Shown: positions 26,977 to 39,073, counted from the stretch's first letter. The stretch is 64,000 nt of DNA from Yuukianura sp. NJ FZ-2021 (GCA_046563655.1 CM102285.1:186001-250000); one strand, 5' to 3'. Made by a program: numbers and translations. The notes: generated from the letters alone by a model not told the origin.

Positions 26977-27290
26977 CAAGGTTCGTAAACAAGCAAAAAG
27001 TTTTTTCTTTAACAGGTTAAACAATAAGTCGCTTTTCTATTCCCCCTAATTCCAATTCACGAGACAGTCACGGCAACTGTCGTTTCCTTGACAATTTTTG
27101 TAAATCTATTTTTTTTATTCATTTTTAACGTTCAATTTGGTGCAAACTTTTACATTTTTGGACAAAACGGGCGATAAACAACTTTGGGTGAAACTTGGGT
27201 CAAAAAAAAAGTGCGGAGAGAGTTTTTTTTGAAAGTGGGACTTATTGCCTAACCTGTTAAAGAAAATCTATTGTTGCTATAGGAACCTTG
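26977..27290. mobile_element. CAAGG-family MITE
   Basis: caaggttcg...tttctttaacaggtta / taacctgttaaagaaaa...ggaaccttg; exact 9-bp flank duplication ccctaaaat. Confidence 0.8.
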
Positions 27291-27349
27291 CCCTAAAATG
27301 ATGGGATATGGATGTTAAGGCTGTTGCATCCAAAAGTTACATCAGAAAC

Positions 27350-27477
27350 TTCAAATGTTTATGTGCTTCAAACATGTTGAATATGTTTAAAACACGTTTA
27401 ATATGTTTCAAATATGTTGAATATGTTTAAAACACGTTTAATATGCTTCAAGTATGTTGAATATGTTTCAAATATGT
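27350..27477. repeat. AT-rich tandem repeat (10-bp subunits, ~40-bp period)
   Basis: aatatgttga/atatgtttaa/aacacgttta repeated up to the stop of the Cys-rich ORF. Confidence 0.7.
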
Positions 27478-27777
27478 TTAGCCATTAATTTGTGAGCTTA
27501 AGGTTAGCTCAGTTTCCGCACAAACCTCCAGAGAGCCTCCTTGGCATCTGAATCCACATGGTGGACCGATCGTTTGACAAGTAACGCCAGAGCCCAGGAA
27601 TCCCACTCTGGCGTTGTTGCAGGCGGAACTGCCCTCGTCCGGATTGCATGCTGGTGCATTGCACAGGCAAAGTGCCACAGTGTCTTCAACAGCACACCCT
27701 GCCTCAACTCCACCAATAGCCACCTGTATTGCGCCCACGGTAGCCACCAGAATAGCCACAACTGTTGCCATCTTCAT
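27478..27777 (-). CDS. Small secreted cysteine-rich protein (99 aa, single coding exon)
   Basis: MKMATVVAILVATVGAIQVAIGGVEAG resembles a signal peptide, followed by ~70 aa with 9 Cys. The region is a GC-richer island in AT-rich surroundings. Confidence 0.65.
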   Translation of the reverse strand: MKMATVVAILVATVGAIQVAIGGVEAGCAVEDTVALCLCNAPACNPDEGSSACNNARVGFLGSGVTCQTIGPPCGFRCQGGSLEVCAETELTLSSQING

Positions 27778-27841
27778 CCTTACAAGGCTTAGCTTAATTT
27801 GGAGTAGCCTACAAAACGTAAGCGAATAAAAGAGACTAAAC

Positions 27842-28076
27842 CAAGGTACGTAAACCAGAAAATGTTTTTTCTTCAACAGGTTAGGCAGTAACTAGAACTT
27901 ATTAAATTATTTTAAAAAATTAGCAACACTTGCTTCAGCGGGCCTTCCTATGGCAATGATTTATATGCAATCAAATGGGATTGGCGGAGAAAATTGTTCG
28001 GGGCGGGATTTCTCGTAAACAGGACTTATTGCCTAACCTGTTAAAGGAAAAATATTTCGTTGCAATTGGAACCTTG
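27842..28076. mobile_element. CAAGG-family MITE
   Basis: caaggtacg...aacaggttaggcagtaa / ttattgcctaacctgttaaagg...ggaaccttg; flanks gactaaac/gcctaaac. Confidence 0.75.
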
Positions 28077-29501
28077 GCCTAAACGGAGTTTTCTCAATTT
28101 TTTGTGAAGATTTTGAGGAAATAGAAAGTCGATTCTATAAATTCTTGGAACAGTTTTTTGAGAATTTAATAGACTCAAATTGAATTTACCTTTTGAAATT
28201 TACCAAAGGATGAACTTTTTTTTTTGAAAAATTGAGATTTTTGAAATTTAAACCTAAGCCCAAATTTTGGTTTGAATGTTTGAACCTGGCGTGATTCGTA
28301 TTTATATCAAAAAACTGTTGTGAAATTTATTCCAGATCGCTCCAATTAAATACCTTCATAACAAATTCTAAAAAGTGATTGCTATTTAATCACAAATTTT
28401 TGTGCGTCCGCGTGTTCCTGTGGCTTCAAAGTTTTTAAAAACTGGCTCACACTAGTCACTCCTTGTTTTGAAACTTGGGTTCATCTGACGTAAGAAAAAA
28501 ACAAATTTGAATGTGAAGAGTCACCTTCAAAAATTTAAAATCAAAATTTTAAAGTCGAAAGGAAAAATTTGTATTCATGGAAAAATTTAAGAAATTTTTT
28601 TTTGACAAATATATTTATTCACTCTAGGTAAGTTCTTTTTTAACATTTTTTTGAAAAAAGAATTCTTGCATTGTAAAAAAAAATTGAGTTTTGAAATTTT
28701 TGAAATTCTAAGAAGCTTGTGGTAGTTACTTGGAGAATTTGCTATTTTTTAAGTCTGACATTTGTCTCAAATTTCCATAAAAAAATGTCAACAATTTGGA
28801 AATTTGAGGGAAATTTTGAAAATTGGCGACTGTGGTTAAGGAGCTCCTTGACTTGCAATCTCGTGTGGTTTAGAAATTGGGAAAAAATGTAAATGAGATT
28901 CTCGTAAAACTTCAACCACATTTTATGTAAAAACCACACATTTTACACACATATTGCAATATCTCTAATTTAAAAGAAAGAAGCAGTTTTTAGAAAATTA
29001 GAAATTGACAAATTTTAAATACATTTGGCATGCGCAATGGCTTAGTAATGTGTTTTTCGTCACCACAAAACGACAAAAACTTATCGCAAAAAGATGCAAT
29101 GTTTCATGCTTTAAAAATTTGGAGCATTTTTTTCCTCTTCATTTTAATTTTCAAAAGAAATGGAAATTAGTACACAAATTTCTTATTAATTAAAAACGTC
29201 TTTAAAAGGTGTTAGTGATGATAAAATCTGATGCAAAAAAATTGACGCGTGCGAATTGAGTGAAAGTGAGCAATTTTTTTCACACTTTGTCAAATCTTTA
29301 TTTTCACTTTTGTCTCATTTTGACACACGCTCGACTTACTCTGAATTGTCAAAAATGCGTGAATTGTGAAATTGTGTCATTACTTAAAAAAAGTGACTAA
29401 TTGTTGTTCCAAAAAAGAAAAACTTTTATGAAAAGACATGAATTCGCACACTCAACACCTCAACAACTTTTTTTTAATTCAAAACTGAATTGCTAAAAAA
29501 T

Positions 29502-32480
29502 TCATCGCGATGGCGCCACTTGACTCGGTTTTGCACCACTTTTGTTGGGCATTTCACTTGATTTTCGCATTTGATTCTTCGATAAAGTCGTCCTCCTCTG
29601 CCCAGTTGGTGTCGGTGAGGGACTCTCCACTTCAAAAAAAAAAATGAATTCATCAAATTTCAAAAAAAGTTCAAAATTTTGAAAACTTACATTCTTTAAT
29701 TTTCCGCCACTCTTCAATGTTCGCAGCCAAATTGAACACCCATGGTCTGTCGTGAGCGTCATCTTTAGAAACACGACCAGTTTTGCTAAAAAGTGGAAGA
29801 TTCGAAAAAACGCTGAGTCTTTGCCCTCTCGCACCGTCGTTGTGGGCTGAAGGTCGTCGTTCAGCATCCTGTGAGTCAAATGAGTCATGAGTCAAATGAG
29901 TCAAATGAGTCAATGAGTCAGTTACCTCTGTAGTGAGTCTGCGCTGAACCTGAACTGGTGGTGGTGGTGGAGCGGACTTGTCTTTTGGGCGGGAAGCTAG
30001 TATCATCTCCAAAAGGTCACCCAGAGCTTCAAACGTTGGTTGCACAATGACCTCGATGAAAGTGATTTGAGTTACCGCCGTTTGATCTGCAAAGGTCAAA
30101 GGTCAAACTCAAGGTCAAAGGTCAAAATCAACGTCAAAATTTGTACCTTTGGGGTCACAGAGTGGTGAAACTGGGATTTTCAAACTTCGTTCCTTGACGC
30201 CCTGGGCCAGAAATTCTGCAAGAACTGCTTCTGCGCACTGTTTGTGTATTGACCAAGGTTTTGCAGGATTTCCGATGTCCGCACAATGCAGAATCAGCGA
30301 CAGAGAATTTGAAATCACCTTGTGACTTGTTCCATCCCTGTCAAATTTTCAAAAAAAATCAAATAGTGAAAAACTTTTCAAAAAATGAAAAAAAAAACTC
30401 CTTACCATTCTCCAGCTTTCAAAAAACTTCGCACGGTTTTCAAATTTTGGAAATGTGAAACCATGTCTGTTGCCAGCACAAGTTCAATCACGAGTTCACG
30501 GAATTCTTTGAATTCGTCCGTTTTCAAATTTTCTAAAATGTTGCACGCCTGATTCTTCACAATTCTGAAAATTTAAAAAAAAACTGATCTCATCTCTGTC
30601 GAAAAACTTATTTAAAAAGTCGCTGCCTGTTCAACTTACAGAAACGCTGAGGAGAGGTGATGATTTTCTGAAAAAAAAGGAAACACTTTTTAAAGTTTTG
30701 AAAGCGATGTTCTAAAAACGTTGTTTTAAAAAGTGACTTTTTAAAAGTGACTCTTTAAAAGTGACTTTTTCAAAAGTTCCTCACCGAGTACATTTCTGTC
30801 GTTGTAGATCAACGCAAGCTGCGTCTGTGCATTGATGTGGAAGTTGTTTGTAGTTCCAGGGTGCGCCAAATCGTGAATAATTGCGGCAAAAATGAGTGCG
30901 AAAAGTTCCAACTCCGTGAAAGCTTTCTGAAACAAAAAAAATTGAGTTGTGCACAGTAATGAAAAAAAGCAAAAAGGAAAAAGAGAGAAAATTTAAGAAT
31001 TACGTAAACTCCAGGATGGGACTCTAAAATGGCATGGACGGTCTGTGTCACATCAGCGGCATGCCGATTGTTATGATACGGATTCCCTGAAAAAATGTTC
31101 AAACCCAAAAAATTTCAAAATATTTACAGCTTTCAAAATTTCGAAAGTTTTTTGTCTTACCATGCATAGTGTATCCAGCCTCTAAAGCTTTTACGAAATT
31201 CTTGAGAGCCGGAATCTTAATTCGAAACTTGCGAATAAAGTCATGACGTTTGAAAATTTCTCGAACTATGAACGCCAGAGAATGCTTGTCCGTTTTTTCT
31301 TCGAGCTCAAAACTATCAAAGTTCCAGTCGCTAATGTCCTACAACAAAGAAAGGTCAATGACCTTGACCTTTGAAAAGGTTAATGACCTTGACTTTGACC
31401 GAAAGGTCAATGACCTTGACCTTACCATAAGGATTTTGTCGATGATGTGCATCTTGGATTCGTTGAATCCTTGGAGTGAAATTATGGATCCACGATCTTT
31501 AGCTGCCTGCAAAGCTAGGTGAGAGACGGACTGATTCCAGGCCCGCCTTGCCCGCATTTTCTCTTTTCGAATTTTGGCGGGCGGTTTTCTGTCTTGTCTG
31601 TACGTTTGGTGCAGCCAATCCTTGAAGCCCGACGGCACGTGACTCACTCGACCCAAGTCCTCCTTCCACTCAACCTCCTCTGAAACATCAAAAACTTCAA
31701 AATCAGGCAAAGTCAAAGTCAAAAAAGTCAAAATCATGTAAAGCCAACGTAAACAAAGTCAAAATAAGGTAAAATCAACGTCAGCAAGGTCAAAGTCAGG
31801 CAAAGTCAAAGTCAAAAAAGTCAAAATCATGCAAAGCCAACGTCAACAAAGTCAAAATAAGGTAAAATCAACGTCAGCAAGGTCAAAATCAGGCAAAGTC
31901 AAAGTCAAAAAACTCAAAATCCTGCAAAGCCAACTTCAACATAGTCAAGATCAGGCAAAGTCAAATTGGAAAAAGTCTCGGTCGGGTAGGCACAAAGTCA
32001 AAGTCAAAATCATAGAATGTCAAAAGTAGAAGTGAAATTATGTTTAACGTGAGTTTAAAATTGGAGGGCAAAGGTCATACCGGGCATGACCCGACTTTTG
32101 TTCCTATTCGACCGACGAAACCACGAGAAACAGCACCAATAAGATGAGGGTCGGCTGGATTCGTCTTCCGACGGTGGTTCCTCGTCATCGCTTGTGAGAT
32201 CGCTGTCACGACGAGCGTATGCGCCGGACAGTTTTTTTGATTTCTTTGCGCATGAGCAACAACCGCAACACCTCTTCTTCTTTTCAGAATTGGACCAACA
32301 ACATTTGCAACATTTGGATTTTTTCGGTTCTTCCTCTTCAGGTAACTTCGGCGGCGGGAAATTTTCGTTCCCACTTTCCAAAAAGTGTGAAAAAATTGAG
32401 GCGGCTGATAAATTCCGAAGTCGGTTTTCCATTAGAAGGCAACTGACGATTGACTGAATTAAAAAACTAGTCATTCCGTA
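29502..32480 (-). CDS. Class I cyclic-nucleotide phosphodiesterase, divergent PDE1-like (multi-exon; 5' end uncertain)
   Basis: Catalytic motifs across exons: NPYHNNRHAADVTQT, AAIIHDLAHPGTTNNF, LALIYNDRNVL|ENHH (28-nt microexon 30640-30667), LVLATDM, LHCADIGNPAKPW, SPLCD, QITFIEVIVQPTF. The N-terminal VPSGFKDWLHQTY resembles PDE1 VPSEVRDWLASTF. Last exon ends ...VAPSR* at 29502. Confidence 0.85.
31690..32025. repeat. ~90-bp tandem repeat built from aaagtca/aaggtca units, in a PDE intron
   Basis: aaatcaggcaaagtcaaagtcaaaaaagtcaaaatcatg..aagccaacgt..acaaagtcaaaataaggtaaaatcaacgtcagcaaggtc repeated ~3x. Confidence 0.8.
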
Positions 32481-33177
32481 CATGCGCAACGGATTTGGAA
32501 AAATGGATGACACAAAAGTAGCTCATCGTAAGTTTCCCCTGATTTTTAAACAGGAGGAGATGAAACAGTTTAGCATTTTTTTTTTCAAAAACGTCTTTGT
32601 TTTTGTTTGGGGAGAATGTTTGCCTAAATTGCAGTCGTCGTCATGGTGATTTTCTGCACAAAATGTATTAATATGTACTAATACTAATGAGAAGATGTAA
32701 CTACGGAGTTGCTATTTAGGCATCATGCATTTATTTTTGAGTTTCCAATGAACCCTTTTTTATTATTATTTTAATTATTATATATTCATTATTATATCTA
32801 TGCAGGTTAGGCTGGGTTCTTTATCGAATGGAATGCAAAAATGTATGTAAGGAATTACACAAAAATTGTCTAACAAGGTGATAATCACGCGAAAACGTTA
32901 ACTAAAATTAGTAGTTAATTTTTAGCTTTTGAAGTTGATGAAACCTGGTAGTACACGCTCGGTTAGTAAATAGTACACGCATGAAAGCGTCTTCGTGCAT
33001 TTTGAATTCTGCGCACACGACATCTCATGTACTTTCACTTCGATCTTAAAAATCGATTTTTGAAAAAGGGAGTTCGGAAATTAAGGATTCGGGCAGAATC
33101 ATTCGCCTGCCCTACTACTTTTTCTAGTTTTGCACCGTTTTTAACGTAATTTTTTAACAGAACGTAACTATATTGAC

Positions 33178-34753
33178 ATGGCTTTTACATCTACAACAAC
33201 TTATTACAGTACGCTGGAGCGGAACAAAACTTTTGCAAAAGAGTGCCAATCTTTGAAGTTCCTACTTGACAGTCTCTGCAGCGATTCCTCTCATTCCAGC
33301 ACTTCCATTCATTCCAGTGCTTCCAAGTCCTCCGAGTCACAAATTATTATTGCAATAATATGTAAGAAGAAAGCTACTTTATATGCAGATAATGTCTGTC
33401 TGTCTGTCCGACGGTCAGCCTCAAAGGCAATTACCACGGGAAAATTTCGCCTAAACAAACTCCGTTCTCACTATTAAACAACAGCGGACCATTCATTGAA
33501 CCCAGTGTTGGTGGATATCCACTTTTCCCCCTATTTCATCCAGTGGATATCCGGTGGATATAAGGTTTCATCCAGTTCAGGCCGGATGAAATAGGATAAA
33601 ACCTTGTATCCAGTGGATATAAGGTTTTATCTGGATTCATCCAGACGAAAAAGGGAAAAATGGCTGGACAAATTGGATATATCCAATTAAATCCGAATAC
33701 TTCCACCAATTTCCACTGAGATGGAAGAAACGTTTTATCCATCCACCAATACTGATTGAATCATTGAACTATTAGGCGTTCTAAAACTGCATAAAATCAT
33801 TGTTGGCGGCCCACCAACACTACTTTTATGGAGTTTATCACTGACGTTTATGCATCCACCAATGGTGGATGATTAAGCAACAGTGGCATAATTACCTGTT
33901 CCACTGGGTATCCAGTGGAAGAAACGGGGTCATACTGAACGGTGGATGGAAGAAATCAGCTGTGTTTAAAAACAGCGCGAATTACAAATAAATTTTAATT
34001 AAATATTATGAAATACTTTAATTAACTATTTCAACTGCTTTTGCTTGATTGGTTTTTTTTTATTACAACTCAGTTTAGCACGTTTTGCAGTTGTTTCTGT
34101 AGTGTTTTTCATTTTTTCTCGCTCTTTCCTGTCAAATGATTCATATCTCGCGGTCAAAGCTTCGCCCCTTTGGATTAATCCATTTCGTCCGGATTTCTTC
34201 CACTGGCTATCCATCGTGTGGATGAAATATCGAAAAAGCGGGATATATCTATCAACAGTGCATCAAATGAAAAGGTGAAGGGATTGTGGTTTAAAGTGTT
34301 TAAAAGCCTCTTTTGGTTTATTTGAATAGGTATCCTGCTTGTAATTATCATCATATGTATCATCTGCATATACCGTATAAACCACTACGAATCGACAAAT
34401 TCTGGTAAACTACCCTGACATTTCTTGTATTCACAGCTGATCTAGTTCTACCTAATCAACTCTTTTTAGTCCCGAATGGACATCGGGGATCCGAGTGTGG
34501 TCCACGCCGGATGCCAAGGGAAGAGACGGAGCCACTGCCGTCAGTGAAACTGGGCGGAATATCGTTCTCCGCAAAAGAAATTCACGTTCAATTTGGAAAC
34601 GGAAATACTATGGTGGTGTGCGATGAGGAAGGAATGCCAGGACCTTTATACCCTCTGGGCATTCAGGAACGTCGCAAGGTTAGGTTTTCAATTGGCCGTG
34701 AGAACCCCATTACAAAACCCAACCAGTTCTTGCATTATATTCCCGAGTACTAA
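33178..34753 (+). CDS. Unknown single-pass membrane protein family, paralogue 1 (180 aa); exons 33178-33361, 34330-34404, 34470-34753
   Basis: Phase-1/phase-1 GT-AG introns give an open frame: ...ERNKTFAKECQSLKFLLDSLC...SQIIIAII|CILLVIIIICIICIYRINHYESTNS|VPNGHRGSE...EETEPLP...LYPLGIQERRK...LHYIPEY*. Confidence 0.8.
33503..33754. mobile_element. hAT-type MITE in intron 1 of paralogue 1
   Basis: TIR cagtgttggtggat/atccaccaatactg; TSD attgaacc/attgaatc. Same insertion at 37257-37508; empty site (single attgaacc) in paralogue 4. Confidence 0.8.
33798..34260. mobile_element. Second hAT-type MITE (tggat/atcca-rich) in intron 1 of paralogue 1
   Basis: Ends cattgttg...caacagtg; flanks cataaaat/catcaaat. 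Empty site gttctaaaactgcattaaatgaaa in paralogue 6; homologous copy at ~37580-37989. Confidence 0.65.
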
Positions 34754-35482
34754 ATGGGTTGTAAACCACACATAACAAAAATAACTCGGCGATAACGTAG
34801 TTTGCTGAAAATAACTGGACGAAACTAGAACGTCTCGGCCCTAGGCAGAGCTGTAAAGGATTTAATTTAATCTTAAACGCTTTTTATACAAAGGTAAATA
34901 GAATACTAATTCTTTTATACATTTTGTTTACTTCTTGTACTTTTATACTTTAAATGTTTTATATTTCAATTTTGTAATTTAAAGGAATTAAATTCTTAAA
35001 TCTGTCATCAAATGTCAGATTATTATAACCCAAAAATTGATATAAAACGATATTTTAAGCGTAAAAAATCGAGTGGCCGTTTTGCCGAATTTGTTCCGGC
35101 AGTTGAAAAATAAATTTGATTTTTTAAACTGTGAATTTCACTGTTCAATTTTTCTGTTTCTGCTTGCAGCAGTAAAGTGTAATTAACCATATCTGCGGAA
35201 TCACCTCGTCTTAAATTTGATGTACTCTGGAAAGTATTTGCACGTATGAAGGCGTTGTCGTGGATTTTAATTTCTGCGCATGCGGCATCTATGAGACTTT
35301 TACTGCGATATTCAAAATCTATTTTTAAAAAAGGGACCTCGGAAACCAAAGATTCGGGCAGAATCATTCGCCTGTCCTAAACACAACTATTTTCTGTATT
35401 TTTGTACCGTTTTTAACGTAATTTTTAAACCTAACCATATTTATTTGGTAGTCATAAACGACATTCATCTGAGTCCAAACCT

Positions 35483-36275
35483 ATGGACGAAAGACTTATT
35501 GTAGCATTGTGTAAGCTTACTTTATACTTATATGTTGTCTGTCTGTCTGTCTTGTGTGCCGGTCAGGCGCAACGGTACACTCGGAACGAATACGGAACCA
35601 ATTTAGTTTATCAGTTTAGATATTAGATTATTTAATATTATTTAGATATTTTAGTTTAGTTTAGAACACGTTTATAACCCAGGGTAATCACGTTCCGGGT
35701 CAAAGGTCAGCCTTTTCTAAACCGTGTTACGACATTGTGCTGAGTACCTATGTGCGCCTAAATTGTGCTGTTCCAAACTTAATTCATCGTTCGCTACTTG
35801 TTCAAACTTCGATTTTCACCGGTTCATTAATAAATGAACATAAATAATCGCATCCCGTGAAAAATGAAGGGAATGTGGTTTAAAGTGATTAAAAACGTTT
35901 TGTGGTTTGTTTGAATGGGTTTGTTTGTTTGAATAGGTTCGATGGGTGCCGGCTTGGGATTTTCGTTGCTATTGATCCTCTACATATGCTACAGTGTACG
36001 ACGCTTCGCGTCCAAGCAGTCTGGTAAGCACCCTCATTAACATTTGTTGTGCTGACACTGACAGCTAACTTAACCATTTGTTTTTAGTGCGACATGGACA
36101 TGGAGCATCCGAGTTTGGTTCTTCTCCGAAACTAACGAAAGAGACGGAGCCACTCCATGCACGTCCAGTGGTCCAAATACTGTCCTTCGGGGGTCCAATT
36201 CACATCTACAGAGACGGAAAGACTGAAACCATTTGGGGGAAGGAGGAACTGGGCGATTACATTCACGAGCATTAA
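35483..36275 (+). CDS. Membrane protein family paralogue 2 (~100 aa, minimal ectodomain); exons 35483-35510, 35937-36023, 36088-36275
   Basis: MDERLIVAL|CSMGAGLGFSLLLILYICYSVRRFASKQS|VRHGHGASEFG...ETEPL...VVQILSFGGPIHIYRDGKTETIWGKEELGDYIHEH*; same splice phases as the other copies. Confidence 0.7.
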
Positions 36276-36931
36276 ATAAGATATGACAAACATAACTGAG
36301 ACGATAAAGCAGTTTTCTAAAGCTAAACTGGACAAAACTGGAACTTCCGGGCCATTAGCAGAAAGGATTTATTTTCATTTTATACTTCAATTTTGTAATC
36401 TAAATAAATTAAAATCTTAAATCTGTTATTAATGTCATGTTTGGTTTTTGTTTTTCAAAAACTCATGCACAAAATAGGATCTCACATTCACACTGAAAAT
36501 TTTTAGCGACGTTTTAGAGCATCAATTCCATGAAAACGGTTTCGCAGTTCGTCCATAGTTTTGCGGTAGGCCGGTCTCAATGTCGTATCAATCAAGGAAT
36601 TACACAAAAATCGTCTATCCAAGGTGATAATCACGCGAAAACGTTAACTAAAATTAGTAGTTAATTTTTAACTGCTTAGGTTTTGAAGTTGATGAAACCT
36701 GGTAGTACACGCACGGTTAGTAAGTAGTACACGCATGAAAGCGTCTTCGTGAATTTTGAATTCTGCGCACGTAGCAACTCATGTACTTTCACTTCGATCT
36801 TAAAAATCGATTTTTGAAAAAGGCAGCTCGGAAACTAAAGGAGTCGAGCAGAATCATTCGCCTGCACTACTATATACTTTCTCTAGTTTTGCACCGTTTT
36901 TAACGTAATTTTTTAACAGAACTATATTGAC

Positions 36932-38238
36932 ATGGCTGTTGCATCTACATCAATTTACACGAATCTGGAGCGGAACAAACCTTTTGCAAAAGAATGCCAA
37001 TCTTTGAAATTCCTACTTGACAGTCTCTGCAGCAATTCCGCTCATTCCAGCACTTCCTCTCATTCCAGTGATTCCAAGTCCTCCGAAACAGAAACTATTG
37101 TTGTAATAATAATAGGTAAGAAGAAAGCTACTGTATGCGCAGATAATGTCTGTCTGTCTGTCCGACGGTCAACCTCAAAGGCAATTACGTCAGGAAAATT
37201 TCGCCTAAACAAACTCCGTTCTCACTATTAAACAACAGAGGACCATTCATTGAACCCAATGTTGCTGCATGTCCACTTTTTTCCCTATTTCATCCAGTGG
37301 CTATCCGGTGGATATAAGGTTTCTTCCAGTTTCAGCAGGATGAAATAGGATAAAACCTTGCATCCAGTGGATATAAGGTTTTATCCGGATTCGTCCAGAT
37401 GAAATAGGAAAAAATGGCTGGATAAATTGGATATATCCAATTAAATCCGGATACTTCCACCAATTTCCACTGAGATGGAAGAAACGTTTTATCCATCCAC
37501 CAACACTGATTGAACCATTGAACTATTAGGCGTTCTAAAACCGTTAATACTAAAAAAACTAATACTAAAAAAGTTAATACTGACGTGTAAGCATCCACCA
37601 ATGGTGGATGAGTAAACGTCAGTGGCATAATTGGCTGTTCCACTGGATATCCAGTGGAAGAAACCGGCCCATCCTGGACGGTGGATGGAACAAATCAGCT
37701 GAGTTTAAAAAACAGCGCGGATTTCAAATAACTTTCAATTAAATATTGTGAAATACTTTAACTATTTAAACCGCTTTTGCTTGATTGGTTTTGTTATTAC
37801 CACTTACCTTTAGCGCGTTTTGCAGTTGTTTCTGTAGTGTTTTTGATTTTTTCTCGCTCTTTCCTGTCAAATTATTCATATCTCGCAGGCAAAGCTCCGC
37901 CCTTTGGATTCATCCATTTCGTCCATTCCTTCCACTGTATATCCATCCGGTGGATGAAATGTCGAAAAAGTGGATATCCATCAACAGTGCATCCAATGAA
38001 AAAAATGAAGGGATTGGGGTTTAAAGCGTTTTTTGGTTTGTTTGAATAGGTGTCCTGTTTATCTTCATTATATTTATCATGATCGTATACTTTCTATGCC
38101 GCAACAAATCGACGAACTCTGGTAAATCACATTGACAATTCTTGCTAATCTAATCTAATCTGAACTATTTCTAATCTTTAATCTATTATAGCTAATTTAA
38201 TCAATTTCTTTCTAGTCCCAAATGGATATCAGGGATGA
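36932..38238 (+). CDS. Membrane protein family paralogue 3, lacking the cytoplasmic domain (~92 aa; could be a pseudogene); exons 36932-37115, 38050-38121, 38216-38238
   Basis: Exon 1 is close to paralogue 1. TM exon GVLFIFIIFIMIVYFLCRNKSTNS; exon 3 reads VPNGYQG* and then jumps to 3'-UTR-like sequence. Confidence 0.65.
37257..37508. mobile_element. hAT-type MITE (duplicate of 33503-33754)
   Basis: caatgttg...caacactg with perfect attgaacc TSD. Confidence 0.8.
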
Positions 38239-39073
38239 GAACGAAACTATAGAACATCTTACCCATTATCACAGCTGTAGGATTTATTTTACTTCTAAAC
38301 TTTTTTATACCAAGGTAAATAGAACATTAATTCTTGTATACTTTTTTACTTCTGATACTTTTATACTTTATACTTTTTATACTTCAAGTTTGTAATTTAA
38401 AAGAGTTAAAATCTTAAATCTATCATCAAATGTCATGTTTGTGTTTTCTTTTGTTACAAAATATGATTAATAAAATATTTCCTCTTATTAGTTTTTTCTT
38501 TTTTTGCAAAAACGTGTTTGTTGTCTCCATTTTGTTGTTTAGGGGAATATTTGCTTATAAATTCCAAACAGTTGTCTTGTCGTGGCGTTAGTTTTCTTTG
38601 CGAAAAAAAAATCTGGCGATTATAATACTAATGAGAGGATGTAATTCCGAAATTGCAACGTTACCAAAACTTATCCAATTGCTTAGATTTTTGAATTTCA
38701 CACGAACGCCTTTTTTTTGTAAGAAATTACACAACAATTGTCTATCCAAGCTTAATAATGATACCAAAATGTTACCCAACAGTAGCAGCGAATTAAACTT
38801 AAGTTCTCTGGATTTGAATTTGATGTAGTCAAAGTAAGCAGTATCGAAGCGTCTTCATCGATTTTGAATTCGGCGTGCGGCATCTCTTGAACTTTCACTG
38901 CAATAGTAAAAATCGATTTTTAGAAAAGGGACCTCGTAAACCAAAAGATTCGGGCCGAATCATTCGTCTGTCTTCTCCTACCCCAACTATTTTCTCTACT
39001 TTTTTGTTATTTTTAACATAACTTTGTAACCTAACCTAATCAAATTTAACTTGGTTTCTACATAAACTCCATA

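Noticed and set aside
31829-32029. Lys/Ser/Gln-rich ORF
   Set aside because: Translation of an intronic tandem repeat.
33362-33477. C-terminal parts of ORFs 33178-33477, 36932-37231, 39074-39262, 40535-40777 ('KATLYAD..CLS')
   Set aside because: Read-through into intron 1 past a conserved GTAAG donor; the similarity reflects the shared TE-like intron sequence.
35023-35367. ORF family 'RPESLVSEVPFLKIDFEY' (also 61026-61280, 40294-40476)
   Set aside because: Antisense or alternative-frame readings of the conserved upstream block; frames are not preserved among copies.
36165-36215. RHIM/cRHIM-like reading of VVQILSFGGPIHI in the family's C-terminal domain
   Set aside because: The canonical (I/V)Q(I/V/L)G core is absent and the resemblance is too weak to claim without a profile search.
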